Origin: a virus
Reading direction: 5' to 3' (one strand)
Length of the DNA: 64,000 nt
IMG/VR virus record: IMGVR_UViG_3300020442_000007
Span: 1-64,000 of that record
Numbering within the stretch: the stretch's first letter is position 1; each line of letters starts with the position of its first letter. The notes under the pieces were generated by a model. The model was not told the DNA's origin and searched no databases. It saw nothing but the letters and a program-made list of their open reading frames with translations. Below, piece after piece: positions 28,775-38,417 of this stretch. The translations under genes and the position numbers were made by a program.

Positions 28775-31768
28775 ATGGAAAATTTTATAAGTGTGTCTAT
28801 TCCAAGCAGAACAGCAAAGAAAGCTGTATTATCGAAAATGATATCATCTGCCGGTGGACATCTACATGAAGGAGAACCAAATTATGGTATCTTTGAAGGT
28901 GATGATAAAAATATCATTTTAAAGTTAGAAATACCAAATCAAATGAATGCAAAAGATTCAGATATGGTAGCACATAACTTATCAGAAGATTTATTTAATT
29001 TAGGCTATAGTGATTTCGACATTGAAATAAGTTCCGATCCGCAAGAAGAAAATACTTTAGAAAGCACTGACTGGCATACCATCGATGAAGCACCTATACA
29101 AATAGTACAAATTGGTCCTAAAGGAGAGTATGTAAATTTCAACATAGACAAAAGTTTACCATCTATAGAAGTTATAGGCCCAACAGGAAAACCAAGAAGA
29201 ATTCATGGTACTCCTGCTCAGCTTGCAAAAGCACAAGCTGATTTAGAAAAAAAGGGCTCACAAATTACAAAGCCAATTAAAGCAAAAGGCGGTGTACAAG
29301 GTGTTACATTCAACAAAGATGGTAGTATGAAGAGAGACGGTGATGCCGCTGTTAAAAAAGATCCAAATTTAGTGCCAGATAAAAAGTCAGCACCAGGTGC
29401 GGAACCTGGAAGTAGAGACGCATTAATGGCTATTGTTAACCAATATGCAAAACAAGGTATGACCTTAGCAGATGTAGACGCTATGGAAAGAGCAGCTATT
29501 GCTTCTGAAACAAAATCAGCTCCTGACGATGCAAATATTTTAAGTAAAGCGTTTCAAGGATTTAAACGTTTTGCAAGAAATAAAGATTGGAGAGTAAAAT
29601 TTGTTTTAGCTAGTGCCGCAGAAAAAATGCAACTACCAGGATTATTTAATTCAAAAGGTAATTTTATTTACATGGCAGAAGACAGTCAGGGTGATGATGG
29701 GTTCGAACAAGGCGGACCATCTTCGGCTGCTGGAGCAAGTTTAGAGGACTATATGACTCTTGCTAAAGTAGGCTTAGTCCCAGCTAGTAAATTAGAAAAA
29801 ATACAAAAAGCATTTGCCAATCAACCCAAGAATATGGAAAAAGTAAATGCTATTGTTGCCGCACAAAAGGCAGCTACAAGCAAAACAGTTTCCGGCGATT
29901 TACCAGGTGATGGTAAAACAGATGCGGAAAGAAGTAGTGGCGCTGGTCAAGGTGTTGATACAGGCACTGATACAAATAAATTCGCTGACTTATCAAGAGC
30001 AGAAGCAAGTCAATTATTGTTTGACAAATTGAAACAACTTAGAGAATTAATACGTAATAATCCTGAACCACGCGGTGTTGTAGCAGAGAACAAAAAAATA
30101 CTAATGCGTAAACTGCACAATAACTTTATTTTTGAAGATGCGGCCGCAGACAAAGCTATTGCAGAACTTGTTGCAGATATTGAATTATTAATACCTAAAG
30201 TAAGTGATGCAAATGCCCGTATTGCAACACAGGCAGTTAGTAAAGCAAAGCCATATGTAAGACGACACAAAGCTGTGGCTAGTGCTACTGTTAAAAAAGA
30301 CAAAGAAAAACCAGCAACTGATAAAAAATCAGATGCAGACGACCCTGTAAAAAGATTAAACATTCCAGGTAATCCGTTAGCAGACTTTGCTAAATCAGGA
30401 AAAGGTGGATTAGCAAACGATCCAGATGAACAACTTGCAATAGATGAATTGCAAGCATTTTTAAATATTCCTGTAACAGGAAAATATGATCAAGCTACAA
30501 GAGATGCTGTATCTGCATACCAAAAAGCAAATGGCCTTAAGGTAGATGGAGATGCAGGACCAAATACAATAGCAAAAATGATGGGTGTAAATCCACAGGA
30601 TCTTACAGATCCTAATAGAAGTGATGCTAAAGCTAAATCTAAAGAAAAATCAGCTGCTGATCAACGTAAAGCAGATGCTAAGAAAGATTTACGAAATGGT
30701 GTTGCTCCACCAGAAGAACAAAAGCTAGAAGATGCTATCAAGTTTAACTGGAAGGGCAAAAGCTATTATGTAAGCACAACTAAAGTTGAAAAAAATGAAG
30801 CTAACAACAATATTGCTTGGGTATTTTACAAAGATGAAAAACTAACGCAAGGACAAAAAGTTGCTGTGCTAGGTTCACATTGGGAAGCTCAGTTAGAAAA
30901 AGAACTTCAAAGACGAGCTGAAGCAGGAAGTAAAAAAGCTAAAGAGGCTTTAGAAATAATCAATCCAGAAGGCACTGAACCTAAGTTCCAAGGAATGCAA
31001 ACAGGTGGTAGAGAAGATGGAGCTGCATATAAAGTTGTTACAGGAAGTGGTCAAGGTAGAAGGTTTACAACATTTGACAAAGACGGCAACAGAGTAGACG
31101 ATGGTCGCGGAGGCGGTCCTAACTTACCAAGCAAACAAGAATATGCAAAAAATAATCCTGTAGATGATACGGAAAAAGAACCAAAAATGCAAGCCAATCA
31201 AACTGGTGATGCTGACAAAAAAGATACAAAGACTGATACAGACGATGCAGGCCCACAGGATGATACAGAGAAAAAAGCTGACACAGATAAAAAAGATGAT
31301 ACAGATAAAAAAGATGGTGAAGCTGAAACACCTAAAATAGGCGGTAATCAGCTTAAAGCTATTCAAAAGAATGCACAATTACTGTATGATGCTGGAGATA
31401 TTTTGACTGGCACTGACGAGGATGCTGTTGCAAAAGTAATTAACAGAATTACTAATGTAGGTATTTACAATGCATTAGATAAAGAGTTTAAAGCTCTAGA
31501 AGATAACAAGAAAAAATTAAGCATGTTTGATTACTTGAAAAAAGAAATGTATGATGGCGTTACTGGTAGTGGCAAAGATTTTGATAGATATTTCCTTGCT
31601 ATACTTAGAAAGAAAGGTATTGCTCACACGCTACCAAAAGACATGTTACCTCGTAAAGGAAAACGTAGAGGCAAAAACGTTACATTAGGTGGTAGTTATA
31701 CAACTAAAAACTTTGGAGATTCATATGATGACAAAGGCAAATTTATAGTCAAAGGATCAAAAAAATGA
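28775..31768 (+). CDS. Large modular protein (putative internal head/ejection protein) with peptidoglycan-binding domain and annexin-like repeat
   Basis: TRDAVSAYQKANGLKVDGDAGPNT; AQLLYDAG..TGTDEDAV; K/D-rich linkers. Confidence 0.65.
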   Translation: MENFISVSIPSRTAKKAVLSKMISSAGGHLHEGEPNYGIFEGDDKNIILKLEIPNQMNAKDSDMVAHNLSEDLFNLGYSDFDIEISSDPQEENTLESTDWHTIDEAPIQIVQIGPKGEYVNFNIDKSLPSIEVIGPTGKPRRIHGTPAQLAKAQADLEKKGSQITKPIKAKGGVQGVTFNKDGSMKRDGDAAVKKDPNLVPDKKSAPGAEPGSRDALMAIVNQYAKQGMTLADVDAMERAAIASETKSAPDDANILSKAFQGFKRFARNKDWRVKFVLASAAEKMQLPGLFNSKGNFIYMAEDSQGDDGFEQGGPSSAAGASLEDYMTLAKVGLVPASKLEKIQKAFANQPKNMEKVNAIVAAQKAATSKTVSGDLPGDGKTDAERSSGAGQGVDTGTDTNKFADLSRAEASQLLFDKLKQLRELIRNNPEPRGVVAENKKILMRKLHNNFIFEDAAADKAIAELVADIELLIPKVSDANARIATQAVSKAKPYVRRHKAVASATVKKDKEKPATDKKSDADDPVKRLNIPGNPLADFAKSGKGGLANDPDEQLAIDELQAFLNIPVTGKYDQATRDAVSAYQKANGLKVDGDAGPNTIAKMMGVNPQDLTDPNRSDAKAKSKEKSAADQRKADAKKDLRNGVAPPEEQKLEDAIKFNWKGKSYYVSTTKVEKNEANNNIAWVFYKDEKLTQGQKVAVLGSHWEAQLEKELQRRAEAGSKKAKEALEIINPEGTEPKFQGMQTGGREDGAAYKVVTGSGQGRRFTTFDKDGNRVDDGRGGGPNLPSKQEYAKNNPVDDTEKEPKMQANQTGDADKKDTKTDTDDAGPQDDTEKKADTDKKDDTDKKDGEAETPKIGGNQLKAIQKNAQLLYDAGDILTGTDEDAVAKVINRITNVGIYNALDKEFKALEDNKKKLSMFDYLKKEMYDGVTGSGKDFDRYFLAILRKKGIAHTLPKDMLPRKGKRRGKNVTLGGSYTTKNFGDSYDDKGKFIVKGSKK
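31259..31312 (+). repeat. Three imperfect 18-bp coding tandem repeats (DDTEKK/ADTDKK/DDTDKK)
   Basis: gatgatacagagaaaaaa gctgacacagataaaaaa gatgatacagataaaaaa. Confidence 0.8.
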
Positions 31769-32346
31769 AAATCTTTGAAATTACAGAAGATAGGTCAACG
31801 GGCAGTTTAAATGAGTTCTCATATAAAGGTATGAAAACCGTAATGAAAAACGGTCGTAAAGTTTACGGGCACGAATTAACAAATAAACTTTGGGCGTCTG
31901 AACAGGATGCCCGAAGTGATTATTTTGCTAAGAAAACCGAAAAGGATATAACGGACACAAAAGACAGATTTTTAAAATTAATGCAAAAAGTTAATCCAAA
32001 AGCCGATGCTCATAAAGCATGGGTTAAGTATTCAAGTAATTTTGGTATGAATTTGAAAGCTCTAAAGGCAAGTTTAGATAAACAAGAAAAAGCAATGGGG
32101 CTACGTGAATTTGAAAAATTAACAACTTTCAAAGGCAAAAGCAGTGATGTACAAGACTTTAAAGAAGTTACTCCAGAAGAACTTAAAAAAAGATTAGGTG
32201 ATATTCTAGGAGCGTTGGGTGCAAGCGGTGCTTTACAAAATTTAGAAAAAAACTTCAATAAAATGTTGCAACAATTTAAAGGTGATATTGAAGTGATGGA
32301 TAAGATATTGCAGCAGAAAGAAGACGAGCTTGGGTTATCGATATGA
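31765..32346 (+). CDS. Putative internal head protein
   Basis: MKIFEITE leader; ATGA coupling. Confidence 0.55.
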   Translation: MKIFEITEDRSTGSLNEFSYKGMKTVMKNGRKVYGHELTNKLWASEQDARSDYFAKKTEKDITDTKDRFLKLMQKVNPKADAHKAWVKYSSNFGMNLKALKASLDKQEKAMGLREFEKLTTFKGKSSDVQDFKEVTPEELKKRLGDILGALGASGALQNLEKNFNKMLQQFKGDIEVMDKILQQKEDELGLSI

Positions 32347-32672
32347 GATTAAACGAATTCACAGACAAAGAAGAATTACCATTTGACGTAGTAGATGATA
32401 CACTTGTATTCATGCGTAATGATCCTGTCTTCTATCGCAAATATTATTATCCAGCAGTATGTGAACTTGCTGATTGCCAACGTGCAGGCAAAGATGCTGA
32501 CCCAAAAAAATATCTCACACCTATGATTGAAAAAGGTTGCGATGCATATGTTAAAAAATACAACGTAGGACGTAATTCAGAAGAAGTTTTCACAGCTGAA
32601 GACCGCACAAATCTCCTTCAAAAAATAAATGATGAAGAAACTGAAAATATTCGAAAAGGCGATTACACGTGA
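32343..32672 (+). CDS. Putative internal head protein
   Basis: MRLNEF leader; NDPVFYRKYYYP motif. Confidence 0.55.
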   Translation: MRLNEFTDKEELPFDVVDDTLVFMRNDPVFYRKYYYPAVCELADCQRAGKDADPKKYLTPMIEKGCDAYVKKYNVGRNSEEVFTAEDRTNLLQKINDEETENIRKGDYT

Positions 32673-33448
32673 AAATCTATGAAGTTACAGGCGCAAACAA
32701 AACAGCTTCTTTTGCACTAGGTAGATTAAATCCAGCAACTACCGGACACGAACTTCTTGTAAATGCAATAAAAAAAGAACAAGGTGACTCTTTCTTATTC
32801 CTTACTGATAGGGCGCCAAAGCTACCAAAAGATCCGTTAACATCAGAAGATAAATTAGACTGGGCTCGTAAGAGTTTCAATGGTATAAGTATTGGACTTG
32901 CAAAAAATGTTTTAATAGCTGCGGATAGATTATACAAACTTGGGTATAGAGATATTGTTTATTTAGAAGGTATAGATCCGGAAAAACCTTTTCCTTTATC
33001 AAAGCTAATTAAAGATTATAATGGTGTTAAGAAAGATCTACATGATTATAATTTTAATAGTATAAGAGTAGTACAACTTCCAAGAAATGCAAGTGCTGCA
33101 GATGCTAGTGGGATGAGTGCAAGTAAATTACGTCAAACAGTTATGGATAATAATTTAGAAGAATTTAAAGCAGGAGTTACACAAATAGCACAACCATATG
33201 CAGAAGATATGTTTAAAAAATTACAAGGCATAATGGGAGTTGATCCTGTAGAAGAAGGATTGTTAGATTTAATAAGTTTTTCAGGAAATGAAATGGAAGA
33301 AAAATACATTCCATTTGTTATAAAAAATGTTAGGAGATATGGTACTCAGAGAACTGAAAGATTGTTAGTTAAAAAATTTCCTAAAATTAAACCAGTAGAC
33401 GTAAAGAGAGCTATGAGACAAGCTCTAGATATTATGAACAAAGGCTAG
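32669..33448 (+). CDS. HIGH-superfamily nucleotidyltransferase (phage cytidyltransferase-like) with leader peptide
   Basis: GRLNPATTGH (HIGH-like) and MSASKLR (KMSKS-like) motifs; MKIYEV leader. Confidence 0.75.
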   Translation: MKIYEVTGANKTASFALGRLNPATTGHELLVNAIKKEQGDSFLFLTDRAPKLPKDPLTSEDKLDWARKSFNGISIGLAKNVLIAADRLYKLGYRDIVYLEGIDPEKPFPLSKLIKDYNGVKKDLHDYNFNSIRVVQLPRNASAADASGMSASKLRQTVMDNNLEEFKAGVTQIAQPYAEDMFKKLQGIMGVDPVEEGLLDLISFSGNEMEEKYIPFVIKNVRRYGTQRTERLLVKKFPKIKPVDVKRAMRQALDIMNKG

Positions 33449-33452
33449 ACAG

Positions 33453-33671
33453 ATGGATGAACTAGCATACATTAAAAAACTAGCTGGCGTAAATGAATTT
33501 AAAGGATACACAGAATACCAAATAGATGAAAATCCAAGTATTACAGCGGCAGGAATTAAAAAGAAAGAAAAGAAACTAGGGCTTAAACCAGGCGATCCAG
33601 ATTGGTTTAAATTATGGTTTAGTAAACCATACATGACAGGGGCAGTACAATTTAGAGGAAGAAAAAAATGA
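33453..33671 (+). CDS. Small hypothetical protein
   Basis: IKKLAGVNE...KPGDPDWFKLWF. Confidence 0.6.
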   Translation: MDELAYIKKLAGVNEFKGYTEYQIDENPSITAAGIKKKEKKLGLKPGDPDWFKLWFSKPYMTGAVQFRGRKK

Positions 33672-33907
33672 AAATGTTTCTAATAGTAATTGCAATGATA
33701 GCTAGTCCAGGTTCTAAGGATACGGATTTATATATAATACAAGAACCTAATTTCAAACAACCTCAACATTGTTTACAATTTGTTCAAATCAATACCCGTC
33801 CTTTAATTGAAAAAGCAAAATCTGTATACCCTACCCAAGAAGTTGAAAATATTTATTGTATTACTGAAGAAAAATTAAAGGTATTAATTAGCGGAACCAA
33901 GGCATGA
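33668..33907 (+). CDS. Hypothetical small secreted/membrane protein
   Basis: Hydrophobic N-terminus, two Cys, ATGA-coupled. Confidence 0.5.
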   Translation: MKMFLIVIAMIASPGSKDTDLYIIQEPNFKQPQHCLQFVQINTRPLIEKAKSVYPTQEVENIYCITEEKLKVLISGTKA

Positions 33908-36900
33908 AATTTAAAGACATAAAAGTTAAGGAATACGGCGTAGGTAGAATTACTAAACAAAATACTACCGCGGATGTAAAGCCTGGTGAAACTAAAAGAC
34001 AAGCTGCTAAATTTGGTTTCAAATTAGGTAAAGACGGAAGGCCGCCAACTCTAAGTAAAAAGGTCAAAGGATCTAAAACTAATGTTCTTTTTAACTTTGG
34101 TCTAGCAGAAACAAATAGAAAAAATAATCTTATCGATTTTGTAAATTTTTGTAAAGAACAATTACAATTAAAAAATAGTCCACCTATAAAATTTGTAAGT
34201 GATACAGAAGATACTACTTTTGGATATTTTGACAAAGATAACAAAAATATAGTTGTTCAAAATACTGGTAGGCATCAAATGGATGTGATGCGTACTGTTG
34301 CACATGAATTAATCCATTACAAGCAAGACCAAATGTTTAATAGAGAACTTGATGGAGAAGATGGAAGCCCAGACGAAAATCAAGCAAATGCATTGGCTGG
34401 AGTAATTTTAAGAAGATGGGGACAAAAAAATCCAACTTTATTCACCGAATCGGTTGACGAAGATACCCAAAGTAGTGTATACTTTACTAATATGCAGGAG
34501 CAGTTAGGAGAAATAGGAAAAACCACAGAAATTTATGTAGACATGGACGGAGTGTTAGCTGATTTCTTTGGAGAATGGACAAAGCTAATGAATGTAGATC
34601 ATTGGAGTCAAATTGATAACGATGGCTTATCCGGTGCTTTACAAAAAATTAGAGATACTGACGAGTTTTGGTTAAAGTTACCAATGCTTCCACAAGCAAA
34701 AGAATTACTTCAATTAATAAAAAATATAAAAGGTGAGTATAATATATGTTCTAGTCCCCTAGCAGATGATCCAAATTCGGAACCACACAAGAGACAATGG
34801 ATAAAAGATAACCTTGGATTCTTTCCTCCTAAGAATGTATATATTACACATGACAAAGCACAGTTTGCTAAAAATGTAGATGGCACACCCAACATACTAA
34901 TTGATGATTTTGGTAGGAATGTAAGACAATGGGAGTCTGCAGGTGGCATAGGCTTCAAATATAAAGACCATAAGTTCGAAAGAACTGCAAAACAATTACA
35001 AAAGCATATTGCAGAAAACAAATATTCTGATTTAGGACATAAAAAACCTAAGAACTTAAAAACTGATCTTAAGTTACCTAATGGTGACAAAAAAGTTTTA
35101 CGTGCAGACGATAAAGATCATATCAGAGGACTAGTTGTGAGAAGTAATGCTGATGGAAGTTACGATTCATATTACTGGTATAATGACCCTACAAGAAAAG
35201 TTCCTATAGAAATCACAATTGATGGCAAATCAGTTGCTAAAGATGCAAAAAATATTCATTGGAAGTTTCACCCTGAACTAAATGAAGAAAAAATGAGTAA
35301 AAAAGACCTAAAATCTGCTCATAAAACTGCTGATAAAATTTTAGATAAACCTAAGGCAAAAAAGTCTATTGCAAAATGGGCTAAGGACAAGGGAATGGAT
35401 CCCGAAGGTGCAGTATATGCAATAGCAACAAACATGCAAAAAAAGAAAAAAACAGAAACTTATTCAAGAGATGAGTTACCTCAGCTTAAATTAAAACAAT
35501 TAAAAGAAAAAAACTTTCCTTATAAGATTGTGCCTTTATCTTTGAAAAATATTATTCCTGTACAAAAAGAACGTATTAAAGAAAATTATAAAAAGCATCT
35601 AATTAATATACAAAAAGGTGTTTTCAATCCTATTGTTGTAGATAGTGAGAATAAAATAATAAATGGACATCATAGATATGATGTAATAAAACAAATTGGA
35701 ATGAAAGAAGTATCGGTGGTACAGGTTCCATTTACATTAGAAAGTTTATTAGAAAAGTTGGATCAAAAAAAAAATCTGAATGCTCTAATTACACCAAATC
35801 TAAAAAAACTACATAACATTTTTTCCAAAAATAAATTTGAAGTTCGTATAATTGGCGGAGCTGTTAGAGATATTGCACTAGGTAAACAACCTAAAGATAT
35901 TGATCTAGCAACAGATGCTACTCCTGATGAAATGATTGCTATGTTCGATAAGGCAGGTATTAGACACATTCCTACAGGTATAGAGCATGGAACAGTAACC
36001 GCAGTAATAGATAAAGAACCTTATGAAATTACAACTTTACGTGCAGACGTTGAAACTGATGGAAGAAGAGCAAAGGTAAAATTTGTAAGAAATTGGAAGG
36101 CAGATGCACAAAGAAGAGACTTAACTTATAATGCTATGAGTTTAGACTTTAATGGTAAAATATATGACTATTTTGATGGTATGAATGACTTACAAAATAA
36201 GGTAAGCAAGTTTGTAGGTGATCCTTCAGAACGTATTAAGGAAGACTATTTAAGAATTCTAAGATATTTGCGATTTCAAGGTAGACTTAATAAACCAAAA
36301 TGGGAAGAAGACACGACTACTGCTATCAAAAAAAATGTAAAAGGATTGAAAAATATTAGTGCTGAAAGAGTTTGGCAGGAAATGTCCAAAATTTTGTCTG
36401 GAGGAAATGTAAAAGAAATAGTTTCATACATGGATAAAACTGGAGTAGCAAAACAAATTAATTTGCCTACAAACAATGCAAAAAAATTAGTTGATAATGA
36501 CAATGAAATTATAAATTTAGCTAGATTAGTAGACAATGATGATCTTGCATTAAAATGGAAATTAAGTAAAGACGAACACACTACATTATTAACTCTTGTT
36601 AACAATAAGGACAAAAAACTTACACAAAAAGCGGCAGAAGATTTACTTGTAGATGGAAAAAATAAAGAAATATTAGCAAAACTTGCTGTGTTACAAGGAG
36701 ATCCAGAACTATCAAATTATATACTTAATTTTAATCCGCCGGTATTTCCAGTCACTGGTAATGACTTAATAGCTATGGGATATAAAAGCGGGCCTGAACT
36801 AGGTCAAACGCTTAACAAGGTCAAGTCTGCTTGGAAGCAAAGTAATTTTACAGCTAATAAAGATGATCTTTTACAAAATTTAAAAGAAGATATAAATCCA

Positions 36901-37458
36901 ACAATGCCAAATTTTGATTATGAATGGGGAGAAGCACAACGCTATCCTGAATTTGAAAAACTTGGTAAGGAAAAATGGATTGAGTTAGCTAAACAAGGAA
37001 AAATATTTACTTTAACAAAAAAAGATATTAGGGATATTCATAACACAGATGCTGGAGATATGGGTAGTTTTAAAAAATTAGAATTAGCAAAACAATTAAG
37101 AGTGTTAGATAAACTAAAAAAGGGCGAATATGAATTGCCTATAATTGCTATGTACAGCGACGGTTGGTTAGAATTAATCGGCGGTAACACTCGTCTTACT
37201 GCGATGATTGGCATGCAAGATCAAGCTAAGGTCTGGGTATTTAAAGTTCCTGATGAAGTTGCAAATTTAGCAGTTAATGAAAACTTTGCAGATGGTAAGA
37301 AAAAAGGTAAAAGTCGTCCAGGTAGAGTAAAACGTGCAGGAGCTAGTTGTAAAGGTTCTGTAACAAGCCTTAGAGCAAAGGCTAAAAAAGCAAGTGGCGA
37401 ACGTGCTAAGATGTATCATTGGTGTGCTAACATGAAGAGCGGCCGTAAAAAAGGTTAA
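33904..37458 (+). CDS. Multidomain polyprotein: zincin-like, HAD 5'(3')-nucleotidase, ParB-like, CCA-adding tRNA nucleotidyltransferase, second ParB-like, basic C-terminal module
   Basis: HELIH; YVDMDGVLADF...LIDD; INGHHR; GGAVRD/DIDLAT/RRDLTYNA/EDYLRILR; IGGNTR. Confidence 0.85.
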   Translation: MKFKDIKVKEYGVGRITKQNTTADVKPGETKRQAAKFGFKLGKDGRPPTLSKKVKGSKTNVLFNFGLAETNRKNNLIDFVNFCKEQLQLKNSPPIKFVSDTEDTTFGYFDKDNKNIVVQNTGRHQMDVMRTVAHELIHYKQDQMFNRELDGEDGSPDENQANALAGVILRRWGQKNPTLFTESVDEDTQSSVYFTNMQEQLGEIGKTTEIYVDMDGVLADFFGEWTKLMNVDHWSQIDNDGLSGALQKIRDTDEFWLKLPMLPQAKELLQLIKNIKGEYNICSSPLADDPNSEPHKRQWIKDNLGFFPPKNVYITHDKAQFAKNVDGTPNILIDDFGRNVRQWESAGGIGFKYKDHKFERTAKQLQKHIAENKYSDLGHKKPKNLKTDLKLPNGDKKVLRADDKDHIRGLVVRSNADGSYDSYYWYNDPTRKVPIEITIDGKSVAKDAKNIHWKFHPELNEEKMSKKDLKSAHKTADKILDKPKAKKSIAKWAKDKGMDPEGAVYAIATNMQKKKKTETYSRDELPQLKLKQLKEKNFPYKIVPLSLKNIIPVQKERIKENYKKHLINIQKGVFNPIVVDSENKIINGHHRYDVIKQIGMKEVSVVQVPFTLESLLEKLDQKKNLNALITPNLKKLHNIFSKNKFEVRIIGGAVRDIALGKQPKDIDLATDATPDEMIAMFDKAGIRHIPTGIEHGTVTAVIDKEPYEITTLRADVETDGRRAKVKFVRNWKADAQRRDLTYNAMSLDFNGKIYDYFDGMNDLQNKVSKFVGDPSERIKEDYLRILRYLRFQGRLNKPKWEEDTTTAIKKNVKGLKNISAERVWQEMSKILSGGNVKEIVSYMDKTGVAKQINLPTNNAKKLVDNDNEIINLARLVDNDDLALKWKLSKDEHTTLLTLVNNKDKKLTQKAAEDLLVDGKNKEILAKLAVLQGDPELSNYILNFNPPVFPVTGNDLIAMGYKSGPELGQTLNKVKSAWKQSNFTANKDDLLQNLKEDINPTMPNFDYEWGEAQRYPEFEKLGKEKWIELAKQGKIFTLTKKDIRDIHNTDAGDMGSFKKLELAKQLRVLDKLKKGEYELPIIAMYSDGWLELIGGNTRLTAMIGMQDQAKVWVFKVPDEVANLAVNENFADGKKKGKSRPGRVKRAGASCKGSVTSLRAKAKKASGERAKMYHWCANMKSGRKKG

Positions 37459-37499
37459 ACTATACTAAAATCAGCTAAATATTACGAGAGGGAATTGAT

Positions 37500-38417
37500 A
37501 TGAGATTCAGTGAAATAATAGCAGAAGATAGATTCAGAAAATTCAAACTGCAACGCAAAGGTTCTAAAGGTCCAGCAGTAAAAGAAATGCAAAAAATGCT
37601 TATTTCTTTAGGTTATTTAGACCCAACATGGACAAGTAAGCGTTCTGGTAAATCATTCCCTAGCGATGATGGAAATTTTGGCAATGGTACACTAAGAGCT
37701 GTAAAGGCATTCCAAGAAGCAGAAGGATTGAAAGTAGATGGATTAGTAGGCAAAAATACTATCAAAGCTATGATGAAACTTGCTGATCGAAAAGAAAAAG
37801 ATGAATTAGTTGCAAAAAAAGATGCATCAGTAGGTAAGTCTAAAGCTGAACTAGATACTATGATTAGCAAAGTTTTAAAGAAGAGAGAAGATAAAAAAAT
37901 TGCTGATCTTGTAGATCAAAAGATTAAAGGCAAAATGCGTAATCCAGATATGTACGATGATCTGAAAGCATTAATATCAGCCAAAGGTAGAGTAAGCGGA
38001 GAAGAATTTGGTAAACTAGCACGAGCTTACATAAACAAATCCCTTGCTAAGTATGTGCAAAAATTAGACTTTGCTGGAGCATTGGACTTTATGCTTCAGA
38101 AAACTACTATGTTACCGCCGGCAGAAAGAAAAGACGTTGTGCAACAAGTTATGGCGATGCGTAATGAAATATTAGCAGTCAAAAAAATGACTCCTGACCA
38201 AGCTGTTGCTAAACATGGAGATGAAAAACAAAAAGCCAAACTTGCAAAATTAAATAAAGAATTAGATATATTAAACAAAAGAGAAAAAGAAATAGATAAC
38301 AGAACATTAGACGGAGTACCTGTAGGACCAGAAGCCGAAAAAGATTTTCAAAATAAGGCAGGATTTAGAAATCCTTTTGATGCAGCGGCCGCAATGAAAG
38401 CAGGGAAAATCAAATGA
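37500..38417 (+). CDS. Putative internal head protein with peptidoglycan-binding domain
   Basis: MRFSEIIAE leader; GSKGPAVKEMQ...DGNFG..T..AVKAFQ...LKVDGLVG. Confidence 0.7.
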   Translation: MRFSEIIAEDRFRKFKLQRKGSKGPAVKEMQKMLISLGYLDPTWTSKRSGKSFPSDDGNFGNGTLRAVKAFQEAEGLKVDGLVGKNTIKAMMKLADRKEKDELVAKKDASVGKSKAELDTMISKVLKKREDKKIADLVDQKIKGKMRNPDMYDDLKALISAKGRVSGEEFGKLARAYINKSLAKYVQKLDFAGALDFMLQKTTMLPPAERKDVVQQVMAMRNEILAVKKMTPDQAVAKHGDEKQKAKLAKLNKELDILNKREKEIDNRTLDGVPVGPEAEKDFQNKAGFRNPFDAAAAMKAGKIK

